DNA of 43,047 nt from a virus. Its lineage: Duplodnaviria; Caudoviricetes. Positions 19,076 to 27,532 of the stretch are shown here, one piece after another. The notes beneath the pieces are model-generated. The model was not told the origin of the DNA, did no database searches, and saw nothing but the letters and a program-made list of their open reading frames with translations. The DNA lies in the IMG/VR virus record IMGVR_UViG_3300037420_000363, positions 1-43,047 of that record, one strand, 5' to 3'. A program made the translations under genes and the position numbers. How positions within the stretch are numbered: the first letter of the stretch is position 1; every line of letters begins with the position of its first letter.

Positions 19076-19140
19076 AAAAAGCCCGGCGGGGATGGCCGGG
19101 CAGTTAAGGGAGGAAACGCCCTTGGAGGAAACATCAGCCG
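19076..19140 (-). ncRNA. alpha-r8/suhB/MmgR-like small RNA candidate
   Basis: GTTTCCTCC (19124-19132) and TTTCCTCCCT (19107-19116) followed by GCCCGGC-loop-GCCGGGC-TTTTT. Confidence 0.55.
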
Positions 19141-19146
19141 AGAAAA

Positions 19147-19177
19147 GCAAAACCCGCCGAGCTTTCGCCGGGCGGGT
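19147..19177 (-). terminator. Late-leader terminator hairpin
   Basis: ACCCGCC...GGCGGGT-TTTG on the minus strand just downstream of the putative late promoter. Confidence 0.5.
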
Positions 19178-19197
19178 CGCAAATCAGGATGATGCGC

Positions 19198-19226
19198 TAT
19201 TGAGGCACATTCTTGACGGAAGTCAA
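19198..19226 (-). promoter_or_regulatory. Putative late promoter with TTGAC-N4-GTCAA palindrome
   Basis: -35 TTGACT at 19226-19221; inverted repeat at 19213-19226; weak -10. Confidence 0.4.
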
Positions 19227-19237
19227 CAGGCTCGGAA

Positions 19238-19828
19238 TCAGGAAAGCATTTTATTGACGGTTATCTGCCGGCAAAGCTCCAAGAACACGGCATCGCTCAG
19301 TTCGCCCTTCATCACATTTACAGCCGCCATGACAATCTGAATGTTCTCTGGGGTGTAATGGGCGGCGCTGTCTATCCTATCAATGCTGGGCGCGCTCAAA
19401 TGCGTCCCTGCAAAGGTGGTCGGGCCCGTCTTTGTAATATTCAGTTGAAGCCCGCTATAGGCGCAAAGGCCGCCCTGCTCGAGGTATTTCCCAATTAAGT
19501 CGTCCTTGTCCAGCGCCCAAATGATGCCGCGCTGCTTTGCGGCAGCCATCTTGAGGCGAAGCATGTCAGCCCAATATCGGTCCAACTCGGGGGTGTAGAG
19601 TTGATGAATGACCCAGCGCCCCTTTTCCTGCTCACGGCACGTATTGCAAGTGCCGTGCAGCATCGTGAACGCCTTGCGGGAGCCATACTTTCCCTTGGCC
19701 TCTCTGAACCTAGACCCGAGAAATGCGAAACTCGCCTCAGGAAGAGACCTCTCGCAACGGTGGCAAGTAAATCTCTTATTCATCGCTCCGCTAAGGGAAT
19801 CGACAAAGTGAACCTTCAACTGTTTCAT
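19238..19828 (-). CDS. HNH/His-Me-finger-like endonuclease with N-terminal Zn ribbon
   Basis: CHRC and CNTC; GLCAYSG...PSIDRIDS..HYTPENIQIV...VNVMKG. Confidence 0.7.
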   Translation of the reverse strand: MKQLKVHFVDSLSGAMNKRFTCHRCERSLPEASFAFLGSRFREAKGKYGSRKAFTMLHGTCNTCREQEKGRWVIHQLYTPELDRYWADMLRLKMAAAKQRGIIWALDKDDLIGKYLEQGGLCAYSGLQLNITKTGPTTFAGTHLSAPSIDRIDSAAHYTPENIQIVMAAVNVMKGELSDAVFLELCRQITVNKMLS

Positions 19829-20017
19829 GTGGACTTCAGTGCCTACCCTGATTAAAGAATCCGGCGAGTATCGCTGCTATTGCAATCCACCAAAGCACGC
19901 GAAACCACCTCCTCGCCCAAAGGTGAGTAAACGCAAATGGGCATGACGCCGCCCCCGCCAGCAGGAAGAACCAAACCACGCTTGCCCCCAAAGCCGTTTG
20001 TTGTTTGACGGTGCAAC

Positions 20018-20623
20018 CTACGATATTCCCCACAGCTTAGCCAGCTTCCGCGCGCTGTCTCGCAGCAGCTCCTCGGCGCAGTCGCGAGCCTGGGTCCGCG
20101 AGTTGTACCCGACCGCCCAGCCGGCGCACTCGATCGAGGTCTCAGCACATACGATGTTGTCAACCACGATATGTGGCTTCCAGCCGATGTACTCGATGGC
20201 GTCCCGGATTTGTTTGCGGTGATGCGCCTGGGCCTCGGTCTTGGCCATGCCAGACATCGAGCTAGGGTCAGATGCAAACACCCGATTGAGGTCAGCGCTT
20301 CCGATCGAGTCCTGAAGGCCAGCAGCGCGCCAGTGGTGGCGGTATTTCGTCAGGGCGGTGTATTCGCGCCGCAAGCCATCCTGCGCGCTCAGCGACTGCG
20401 CCTGCTTGGTTAAACGGCTATACAGTCGGTCTAGTGGGCTGTCGTGGAATTGATAGACCCGGTTGCCGCGCTTGTCGTCGCCGACCGCGTAGTGGTTTTC
20501 AGCCTTGGCGAGACGTTCCATCGTTGGTCCTGTCGACACCGGATAGGCGGGGTTCGGCTTCCCCTTGATCGTCGCCCGCACCCCCGTCCGTCGAATATTC
20601 CTCGCCATTGCTGCCCCGTGCAT
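20018..20623 (-). CDS. Putative late-gene regulator (Q-antiterminator position)
   Basis: C-terminal helical VDNIVC...LLRDSARKLAKLWG; upstream of the late promoter and terminators. Confidence 0.5.
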   Translation of the reverse strand: MHGAAMARNIRRTGVRATIKGKPNPAYPVSTGPTMERLAKAENHYAVGDDKRGNRVYQFHDSPLDRLYSRLTKQAQSLSAQDGLRREYTALTKYRHHWRAAGLQDSIGSADLNRVFASDPSSMSGMAKTEAQAHHRKQIRDAIEYIGWKPHIVVDNIVCAETSIECAGWAVGYNSRTQARDCAEELLRDSARKLAKLWGIS

Positions 20624-20828
20624 GTGTGGTTTCCTTCGCTGCGTGATAGTTCTTGAGCCATTCCCTCGACCGCTCCAGGCGGTCTTGCGCGTCGCTGCGG
20701 GTCGGCTGGCGGATGCCCGTGTCTGGGCTGATTCCCTTCGGCACCGAATCTCGAATCAAGTCGTTGATTTTATTGGCGTCAGGGGTGATTTCCTCTCGCA
20801 CCGAGCCGTCTGAGGGATCGCGGATCAT
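20499..20828 (-). CDS. Hypothetical protein
   Basis: ATGA overlap with the rep stop; MIRDPSDGSVRE... Confidence 0.4.
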   Translation of the reverse strand: MIRDPSDGSVREEITPDANKINDLIRDSVPKGISPDTGIRQPTRSDAQDRLERSREWLKNYHAAKETTHARGSNGEEYSTDGGAGDDQGEAEPRLSGVDRTNDGTSRQG

Positions 20829-21721
20829 TGCATGCGCCTGCCATCTGGCATCAGCCCATGCTTTGCGAGCAATTCCGGCGGCGCCTGGCTGACATCCGCC
20901 ACAGGGGCATGGCGCGACCACTGCCCTGTCTTTGCGAAGATGGAAATTGCATCCTCGATCGCGATCTTGTCGGGTGCCGCTGACGCGCTGAACGCTACCG
21001 CCGCATGGTCTGACCAACGCTGCTGGTTGAGCCAAGTGATCGCCTGCGGAATGAACCGCGTGCCCACATCCCGCGCCTGGTCGGCGGCCATCCGCTTGAC
21101 TGCCGCGATCATCATCGCCGGGTCTACGCCGGTTTTTGCAAGAGCGTTGAATTTCTGCTCAGCCGGCTTGCGAGGGTTGGGGCCTTCTCGCCGGGGGTAT
21201 GCCTTCCAGAACTCCTCGAAAGCGTCCACGCTGGGTCGTGTCGCGGCAGCGACCGACCGAGTGTCTTCTTCCCCTTCCTCCTCCCTATTCCCTCCTCCCT
21301 CCTCCATCTGCGGAGGCATTTCTCCATTTTGGGGAAATGCGTCGGGCTGAACCGCTTCTGTTTCGGAAGTAGGATAGGTTGAAGCCACGTAATTACGGAT
21401 ATCGGCGGATTTGATGGCGCGGTATTTCGGCGTTTTTGGCTTCTGGTACTTACAGAAGTTGCGAACAGCACCGAGCGTCTTGCCGTCCTGCTGAAAGCGC
21501 TTGACCACATCAGCCCGCTCAAGTTCCGCGAGCAGCGCCGGCACATCGACATTGTCGACCGGCATGATGCGCATCTTGATCGTGATCGGCTTCCACTCAA
21601 AGACGCCCTGATCATCTGCCTCTGTCCATAGACCGAGCAGAAGCACGCGCGCAGCCATGCTAAGGCCAGCAAAAGCCTCATCCGTGAAAAGACCAGGGTG
21701 AACGGATCGAATGCGGGCCAT
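20825..21721 (-). CDS. Replication initiator protein
   Basis: MARIRSVHPGLFTDE...LWTEADDQG N-domain; FEEFWKAYPRR...ITWLNQQRW C-domain. Confidence 0.8.
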   Translation of the reverse strand: MARIRSVHPGLFTDEAFAGLSMAARVLLLGLWTEADDQGVFEWKPITIKMRIMPVDNVDVPALLAELERADVVKRFQQDGKTLGAVRNFCKYQKPKTPKYRAIKSADIRNYVASTYPTSETEAVQPDAFPQNGEMPPQMEEGGGNREEEGEEDTRSVAAATRPSVDAFEEFWKAYPRREGPNPRKPAEQKFNALAKTGVDPAMMIAAVKRMAADQARDVGTRFIPQAITWLNQQRWSDHAAVAFSASAAPDKIAIEDAISIFAKTGQWSRHAPVADVSQAPPELLAKHGLMPDGRRMQ

Positions 21722-21957
21722 TAGTCGATCCCGAGTTTCCCGCGGTAAAGGTCGACCATTGCCTCGCGTGCGCGCCGCTTATCCGCGTCTTCTCGCTGGG
21801 CCTTCACGATCGCGCGGAGCGCTGGCACGTCGAAGCCATTGCCCTTGGCCTCGGCGTAGACATCGGTGATGTCGTCCGAGATCTGCTTCTTCTCGTCCAT
21901 AAGCGTGTTGATACGAGCCACGATGGATTTAAGCTGATTGTCGCCCATATCGCTCAT
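21721..21957 (-). CDS. gapR: GapR (DUF2312) nucleoid-associated protein homologue
   Basis: QLKSIVARIN.LMDEKKQISDDITDVYAEAKGNGFDV signature. Confidence 0.9.
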   Translation of the reverse strand: MSDMGDNQLKSIVARINTLMDEKKQISDDITDVYAEAKGNGFDVPALRAIVKAQREDADKRRAREAMVDLYRGKLGID

Positions 21958-22159
21958 TTGCGTTCTCTTCGTTGCTGGTGATGGGAACGCGATGGAAACT
22001 CTGACGAAGCATGAGCGTTACGCCATCGACCAGGATGTTGCGCATCTGCTCAGGAGCTATCTCGATGGACATCAGGTCGTCAGAGCCGAAGACCTGAAAA
22101 TTAGCGATGTAACGGCCTGGCGCGGGGCTGGTAAGATACGCAAGCTTGGCGATGCTCAT
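21929..22159 (-). CDS. Hypothetical protein
   Basis: Coupled ORF in the early-left operon. Confidence 0.55.
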   Translation of the reverse strand: MSIAKLAYLTSPAPGRYIANFQVFGSDDLMSIEIAPEQMRNILVDGVTLMLRQSFHRVPITSNEENANERYGRQSA

Positions 22160-22338
22160 GCCGCACTCCGCTTCTCGTGCTTCAGTCGGCGGATGTTCAC
22201 GTCCTTGAGCATGGCCTCAAGCTCGCCCCTGCGGATGCTGCGGGGCTTCTCGGCGTCGATGAGGGCCTTCAGGTGCTGGGCCTGAAGGCGCAGCGGGAGG
22301 CGCTTCATGCGGGCGACGATGGCGTGGATGGGCGTCAT
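22156..22338 (-). CDS. Hypothetical protein
   Basis: ATGA overlaps on both sides. Confidence 0.55.
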   Translation of the reverse strand: MTPIHAIVARMKRLPLRLQAQHLKALIDAEKPRSIRRGELEAMLKDVNIRRLKHEKRSAA

Positions 22339-22874
22339 GGATGCTCCTTCCTGATCTGCTCGCGCAGTGCCTTCAGGTCCGCCGCGAGGGATTCAATCTT
22401 CTGTTCGCGCTCTCCGATGACGCGTACCGCGTGCAGCGCCGTGGTGTGGTCTCGCCCGCCGAAGCGCCGGCCGATTTCGGGCAATGACCGCTTCGTGAAC
22501 TCCTTGCAGAGGAACATCGCGATCTGCCGCGGGTAAACCACGTCAGCCGTTCTGCGCGCCGAGAGCATGTCCTTGAGGACGATATTGAAATGGCGGCAGA
22601 CGATCTTCTGGATCAACTCGATCTTCGGCAATGGCGAAGCGAAATCGTCCTCGATCGAGAACCAGAAGCGCTTGCGCTGGCGCTCTACCCAATCAGAAAT
22701 CATCTCGTCAGTGATGGCCGGCTCAGACGGCGGGGCCGGCTGCTCCTCTAGCAGATGCATCGGCCGCGGCTTCACCTTGCGGATTTCAATCGGCTTGTCA
22801 GGCCGTGCCTTCCGGGCGATTTCAGCGTGAAACCGCCTTGACCGCTCAACTATGGCTAGCTGTGTCGGCGTCAT
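22335..22874 (-). CDS. Stand-alone DnaA C-terminal (domain IV) helix-turn-helix protein
   Basis: [45 protein letters not shown] signature. Confidence 0.9.
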   Translation of the reverse strand: MTPTQLAIVERSRRFHAEIARKARPDKPIEIRKVKPRPMHLLEEQPAPPSEPAITDEMISDWVERQRKRFWFSIEDDFASPLPKIELIQKIVCRHFNIVLKDMLSARRTADVVYPRQIAMFLCKEFTKRSLPEIGRRFGGRDHTTALHAVRVIGEREQKIESLAADLKALREQIRKEHP

Positions 22875-22897
22875 TTTCTTCTCCCCCTCTAATGATC

Positions 22898-23275
22898 TCA
22901 GGCGCGATCTCGGCCGCTAAGCGCGCGCGCCGCAGCGACGAATTCATCAATGCGCTCCCGATCCATATCCGGATTGCTGCTGGCAAGCGCTTGAGCGTGC
23001 CGACTAAAAAACTCCGCAACATTGATCGCATCGCATTTCGCCCTTTGAATCCTTGCCTCCTGAGCCGCCGCCAGGAGTTTTATTGCAACTGAGTGCCGCG
23101 GGTCGTCGTGCTCGCCGTAGTACAACGCCTTGATCTGGCGGTATGTCACCCCAGCAACCCGAGCAGCACGAGCCAGCCAGCTCTTGCGGTTCCCCCCGAA
23201 TGGACCGGCAATGATGCCGATCTCGTCCGGCCAATTGATCGCTTGTTCCATTTCTTCGGCCTTCTTTTCCGGCAT
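22898..23275 (-). CDS. HTH transcriptional regulator (cII position)
   Basis: [25 protein letters not shown] helix-turn-helix. Confidence 0.6.
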   Translation of the reverse strand: MPEKKAEEMEQAINWPDEIGIIAGPFGGNRKSWLARAARVAGVTYRQIKALYYGEHDDPRHSVAIKLLAAAQEARIQRAKCDAINVAEFFSRHAQALASSNPDMDRERIDEFVAAARALSGRDRA

Positions 23276-23306
23276 TCCGGATACTCCTCATGGTTCATTC
23301 TGGCCC

Positions 23307-23564
23307 ATGAGCTACGCGACACACGACAACGATAACGAGGAACTGAGCTTCATCACGATCGGCTTGGCGGTCAGAAACGTGATGAGCTACCTAGAACCTC
23401 GCAAAGATCAGCAAGAACAGCGCGAGCGGGACGCTCAGCGCGAGAGAGACGAAGAACAGAAAGCCGAACAGCACCGCCGTGCTGTCGATCAAGGCTTGCG
23501 CCACATAGCCGCGTTCGAGGAGCGCGCGTCCGGAAAGACGCTCGGCAGGCGCAAACGAAATTGA
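23307..23564 (+). CDS. Hypothetical coiled-coil protein, antisense to the early-left operon
   Basis: 85 aa with a charged coiled coil; fills an intergenic gap. Confidence 0.4.
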   Translation: MSYATHDNDNEELSFITIGLAVRNVMSYLEPRKDQQEQRERDAQRERDEEQKAEQHRRAVDQGLRHIAAFEERASGKTLGRRKRN

Positions 23565-23740
23565 GTTGTCGGCGTAGTATTGCGTGACGCCGCGAGAGGC
23601 CGGCAGCGGACAAGCCCCCGTCGTAGCTGCCGGCCTCGTCATTCCGAAATTGCGATGCGCTGTCATGCGAACGCTCCCGCCTGCAAGCGAAAAGTGCATG
23701 AATTGTAGGGATTGGAAGAAGACATTTCCGGAGAAGATCG

Positions 23741-23959
23741 ATGGACGTGATCGACCCGCATAGCGCACAGGAAATTTTTTTCGATCAGCTTCATGACGTG
23801 AAGATCGTTGCGGGAATTGTGCGGATCGCGCTCATTAGCAAGCAAAACGCAACCGCAGTGATCGTTGCGCGCCTTGCGCTGCCGCTCTCCGAACTTCCGG
23901 ATGCAATTCAGGAACTGGTGATTGCGCTGACAAACGCTGCAAAAACCGCGAGCCCATAA
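23741..23959 (+). CDS. Small hypothetical protein (moron)
   Basis: GGAAGA RBS; protein-like beta-beta-alpha pattern. Confidence 0.55.
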   Translation: MDVIDPHSAQEIFFDQLHDVKIVAGIVRIALISKQNATAVIVARLALPLSELPDAIQELVIALTNAAKTASP

Positions 23960-24106
23960 GCGGGTTGAAGTTCCTCCAATAGGAACAGCGCAAATTGAAT
24001 CAACCTTCGCGCATGTATTGCCGTATTTGCCCGTGCACGTTTTTAACTTGTGATGGTTTCGTGACCGTGAGTAGGATGCCAATCTTTCCTGATCACGGGG
24101 GCATTC

Positions 24107-24352
24107 ATGAACGACGAAGAATTGCTCGAGCAATCGACTTCTGTTCCCACCATTTACTGCGACGGACTCGGCGCGTTCCGAAACATCAACGGCGCACTGC
24201 GCTGCGTCGGCTACGTCATTGGAAGTGGCGCGCAAGTGAACTTGATCCTGTCGCTGACAGGAGCCGATGCCGCGAACAGAGAGGTTCGGCGCATGCTGGA
24301 CGAGCCGCCCAAGAACGTCACAAGCGTCGATTACCTTCGACTGGCTCATTAG
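24107..24352 (+). CDS. Small hypothetical protein (moron)
   Basis: GGGGG RBS; residue pattern resembles 23741..23959. Confidence 0.55.
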   Translation: MNDEELLEQSTSVPTIYCDGLGAFRNINGALRCVGYVIGSGAQVNLILSLTGADAANREVRRMLDEPPKNVTSVDYLRLAH

Positions 24353-24573
24353 GCCGCCCCCTGCGTTTCTGGCAGGTTAAGAAAGTCATTCGCCGTGACG
24401 GCTCCAGCCGTCTCTCGGATGATGGCTTCCATCCGCTCCTTGCCGGGCCACATGCGATCAGCGCAATAAGCGCTGATCATCTGCGGCGTCACGTCGATGC
24501 GCGCCGCAAATTCGGCCTTGCTCTTCTTCGAGCCATCGGGATTGGGGATTTCAAACCAGTCGGCGAGCTTCAT
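24349..24573 (-). CDS. cro: Cro-like HTH repressor
   Basis: SKAEFAARIDVTPQMISAYC...TAGAVTANDF; divergent from cI. Confidence 0.8.
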   Translation of the reverse strand: MKLADWFEIPNPDGSKKSKAEFAARIDVTPQMISAYCADRMWPGKERMEAIIRETAGAVTANDFLNLPETQGAA

Positions 24574-24574
24574 G

Positions 24575-24666
24575 CTGCCGCGTATAGCATGGCTATAATT
24601 ATAGCGCAACCATAATTATAGGCCGACTTGATGGGCGCCTAGGGTCCGGCGTGATAAAATTATAGT
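24575..24666. promoter_or_regulatory. OR-like operator region with divergent promoters
   Basis: Perfect palindrome GCTATAATTATAGC at 24592-24605, variants at 24609-24622 and 24653-24666; minus-strand TTGCGC-17-TATACG; plus-strand TGnTAAAAT. Confidence 0.75.
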
Positions 24667-25041
24667 ATGACCAAAAGACCCCCACCCAAGAAAGCCCTGG
24701 TTACCCCCCGATTCAAGGGCGTCATCAGGCCGCCAAGACAATTCTTCCGGCAGTGGCGAAAATACCGCGGAATGACCTTGGAGGAAGCGGCTCCCCAGGC
24801 AAACATGACGGCCGGCAACCTGTCTGCCATGGAGCGCGGAGCCCAAGGCTACACTCCCGAAGGACTTGAGGCTCTCGCCAACGTTTACCGAACAAGCCCC
24901 GGCTGGCTCCTTGAGGTCAATCCGCTTGAGGATAAGCCGGGAATGCTATCGATCTGGGACCGCGCCAATGAGACCGAGCGGGAAATGATCGTGGATCTAG
25001 CCAAGACGGTCGTGAAGGGCCGCACTGGAACTGACGGCTGA
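24667..25041 (+). CDS. cI: CI-like XRE-family repressor (no peptidase domain)
   Basis: RQWRKYRGMTLEEAA...LSAMERG...LANVY..SPGWLL HTH_3; 124 aa. Confidence 0.85.
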   Translation: MTKRPPPKKALVTPRFKGVIRPPRQFFRQWRKYRGMTLEEAAPQANMTAGNLSAMERGAQGYTPEGLEALANVYRTSPGWLLEVNPLEDKPGMLSIWDRANETEREMIVDLAKTVVKGRTGTDG

Positions 25042-25048
25042 TCGCCCT

Positions 25049-25330
25049 ATGAGGTGGCTCCTGACGGCGATATTTCTCGGGCTCCCATGCGGCCTTCAGG
25101 CAACTCCGCTCCAGGACATGCTAAAGAGATACGATGACTGCGTTCTTGCGGTCTCTCTAGGCATCAGCGGCAACAGATATGAGGCCGCTGAGCGCTCCTT
25201 TTTCGCCTGCCAGACTGAGGAGCAGGCAATCCGCGCCATGGTTTCCGTCAATCCATACGTCAACGTGGAAGCTGGCTTAGCAGCTCGGAAATTACGCCTC
25301 AAAAGCATTATCCTTAGCGACCCGCATTAA
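25049..25330 (+). CDS. Exported protein co-transcribed with cI
   Basis: Signal-peptide-like N-terminus; two Cys in the mature part; 7 nt after the cI stop. Confidence 0.55.
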   Translation: MRWLLTAIFLGLPCGLQATPLQDMLKRYDDCVLAVSLGISGNRYEAAERSFFACQTEEQAIRAMVSVNPYVNVEAGLAARKLRLKSIILSDPH

Positions 25331-25425
25331 CCCCCTCCTCAATCTCCGCCGCTGATCCAGAACTCCCGACTCGTCGAGTGTCGGCAGGAAAGTTTTGGCG
25401 CGTCTCGAAAAATTTTTCTAGTTCT

Positions 25426-25473
25426 GCTATAATTCTTGTTGCGCCATAATTATTGTGGTGCTATAAGTTTCCT
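25426..25473 (+). promoter_or_regulatory. OL-like operators and early promoter
   Basis: Operator variants start at 25426, 25443 and 25460; TTGCGC(25439)-17-TATAAG(25462). Confidence 0.75.
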
Positions 25474-25497
25474 TGTCACCACGACGGGGTCACGACA

Positions 25498-25761
25498 ATG
25501 CACATCGCCTCCATCCGCGAAATCCTGAACTACCGCCGCAAGCCGAACCACTCCTACTTCGTCGTGATGCGCGACTTCAGCAAGCGCGGCATGGAGGCTG
25601 TTGTCGATCCCGAGATCACCGCCGCTGGCGTGATCGATCGCCTCAAGTCCGGCGAGTGGGACCGGGTCGTTTTCATTCACCGCATTTCCGATGGCCTCGT
25701 TGAGGATTGCACCGACGAGCTGATCGACCGGGCGGAAGAACTGGCTCGGGAGCGCGCGTGA
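25498..25761 (+). CDS. Hypothetical early protein
   Basis: First ORF after the early promoter; GGGG RBS. Confidence 0.6.
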   Translation: MHIASIREILNYRRKPNHSYFVVMRDFSKRGMEAVVDPEITAAGVIDRLKSGEWDRVVFIHRISDGLVEDCTDELIDRAEELARERA

Positions 25762-25910
25762 TGAAGTATCCCACGCTCCTCGATGCCTGCTGCTCCCTGA
25801 TCAAGCGGGGCTTCCGGTGGGACGCCGATTACAACCGCTTCGTCCGTGGTAGCTGGCATTGCCGCCTCATCCTCCAGAATAACGGCAAGTGCCGCACGGT
25901 GTCGTTTTGA
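25761..25910 (+). CDS. Hypothetical protein
   Basis: TGATG coupling; 49 aa. Confidence 0.4.
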   Translation: MKYPTLLDACCSLIKRGFRWDADYNRFVRGSWHCRLILQNNGKCRTVSF

Positions 25911-25992
25911 TCCCCGAGAACAAGATCGACCTCTTCTGCGCCTGCCTCATCGCCTGCATGGGCACGTTCGCAATCGCGAAGTGGGTGCTGTG

Positions 25993-26160
25993 ATGACCCG
26001 AGACACAGCCGCGATCATCCGGGCCATCCAAGACAGCTTCCACCAGATCATGAACGCCGACGCGCAAGAGAAGCGCCGGCTGATTGATCAGATCTTCGAC
26101 TACGAGGCCGTGCAACAGAGCGTCGCCGAGGCGATGGCAGAACCGGAGTTAGCAGTATGA
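25993..26160 (+). CDS. Hypothetical protein
   Basis: 55-aa helical ORF with ATGA overlap into erf. Confidence 0.45.
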   Translation: MTRDTAAIIRAIQDSFHQIMNADAQEKRRLIDQIFDYEAVQQSVAEAMAEPELAV

Positions 26161-26900
26161 ACCAGCTTGCAGTTCAAGGGCCGTCTGAGGCGGTACCCGT
26201 CCAGTCCGAAGGCGCCGCCGTGCTTGGCATGATCGAGCGCGTCGCTCGCGATCCCGGCGTCAACATGGACAAAATGATGCAGCTCATGGGCTGGCGCAAG
26301 GAGATCGTCGCCGAGCAGAAGCGCGCCGCGTTCGATGAGGCAATGGCCGCGGCCAAGGCGGAAATCCCTGTCATCAGCAAAAACCGGGAAGTCGACTTCA
26401 CGTCCTCCAAGGGGCGCACCCACTACAAATATGAGGACTTGGCCGAGATCGCCCGCGTGGTCTCTCCGATCCTCGCCAAGCATGGCCTCTCCTACCGCTA
26501 CCGCGTGACATCGAACCTCAACGAGCCGGTGAGCGTGACGTGCATTGTGTCGCACCGCGCCGGTCATTTCGAGGAAGTTACCTTGCTCGGCGGACGGGAC
26601 GAGAGTGGCAATAAGAACAGCATTCAGGCGGTCGCCTCCACCCTCACCTACTTGCAGCGCATGACATTGAAGGCTGCGCTTGGTCTTGCGGCCTCCGACG
26701 ATGACGACGGCAAGTCCGCGGAATCTGATGGCACGATCAGCCTAGATCAGGTCGAGCACTTGCTCGCGCTCGCCGACGAGGTCGAGGCCGACAAGGAAGC
26801 GTTCTGCCGGTACTTCAAGGTGGACGGCATCGCTCAGCTTAAGGTCAAGGACTTCGACCGCGCCATTGCGGCGCTCAACAGGAAGCGGAGCGCAAAATGA
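26157..26900 (+). CDS. erf: ERF-family single-strand annealing protein
   Basis: YKYEDLAEI...PILAKHGL...QAVASTLTYLQRMTLKAALGLAASDDDDG. Confidence 0.9.
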   Translation: MNQLAVQGPSEAVPVQSEGAAVLGMIERVARDPGVNMDKMMQLMGWRKEIVAEQKRAAFDEAMAAAKAEIPVISKNREVDFTSSKGRTHYKYEDLAEIARVVSPILAKHGLSYRYRVTSNLNEPVSVTCIVSHRAGHFEEVTLLGGRDESGNKNSIQAVASTLTYLQRMTLKAALGLAASDDDDGKSAESDGTISLDQVEHLLALADEVEADKEAFCRYFKVDGIAQLKVKDFDRAIAALNRKRSAK

Positions 26901-27532
26901 CCGAGATCGTCCAAGGATCTCCGGAGTGGAAGGCGCTTCGCTGCGGCAAGGTCACGGCCTCTAAGGTCGCCGATGTCGTCGCCAAGACCAAGACGGGCTA
27001 TTCGGCCTCGCGCGCCAACTACCTTGCCCAGCTCATTGCCGAACGTCTGACCGGAACGCCGGCAGAAACCTATACGAATGCAGCCATGCAACACGGCACT
27101 GAGACGGAGCCGGAGGCGCGTGATGCCTACTGCTTCTATCAAGGCGTGACGGTCGAACAGGTTGCGTTCGTGCCCCATCCGAAGATTGACCAGGCTGGAG
27201 CCAGCCCCGACGGCCTGGTCGGCGACGACGGCTTGGTCGAGATCAAGTGTCCCAACACTGCGACACACTTGGAGACGCTTCTCGGCCAAGCCGTTCCCGC
27301 CAAGTACATCGACCAGATGCAGTTCCAGATGGCGTGCACCGGGCGGAAGTGGTGCGACTTCGTTTCCTACGATCCGCGCATGCCCGAGCACATGCGGCTA
27401 TTCGTTCGTCGCGTCCAGCGAGACGACGCGCGCATCAACTTTCTCGAAACCGAGATCGCCGGCTTCCTGCTTGAGATGGCCGTGAAGCTCTCCGAACTCA
27501 ACTCGATCTATGGCGAGAAGGAAGCCGCCTGA
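26897..27532 (+). CDS. YqaJ / lambda-exonuclease family nuclease
   Basis: QGSPEW..LRCGKVTAS, GASPDGLV, VEIKCP, QMQFQM. Confidence 0.92.
   Translation: MTEIVQGSPEWKALRCGKVTASKVADVVAKTKTGYSASRANYLAQLIAERLTGTPAETYTNAAMQHGTETEPEARDAYCFYQGVTVEQVAFVPHPKIDQAGASPDGLVGDDGLVEIKCPNTATHLETLLGQAVPAKYIDQMQFQMACTGRKWCDFVSYDPRMPEHMRLFVRRVQRDDARINFLETEIAGFLLEMAVKLSELNSIYGEKEAA

Noticed and set aside
21264-21306. Purine/pyrimidine-skewed tract in rep as a replication origin
   Set aside because: The position is plausible but I see no clear iterons, and the tract also simply encodes an EEG-rich linker.
23663-24615. Overlapping 228-aa minus and 206-aa plus ORFs
   Set aside because: Composition looks non-coding; the interval is better explained by two small plus-strand genes and cro.
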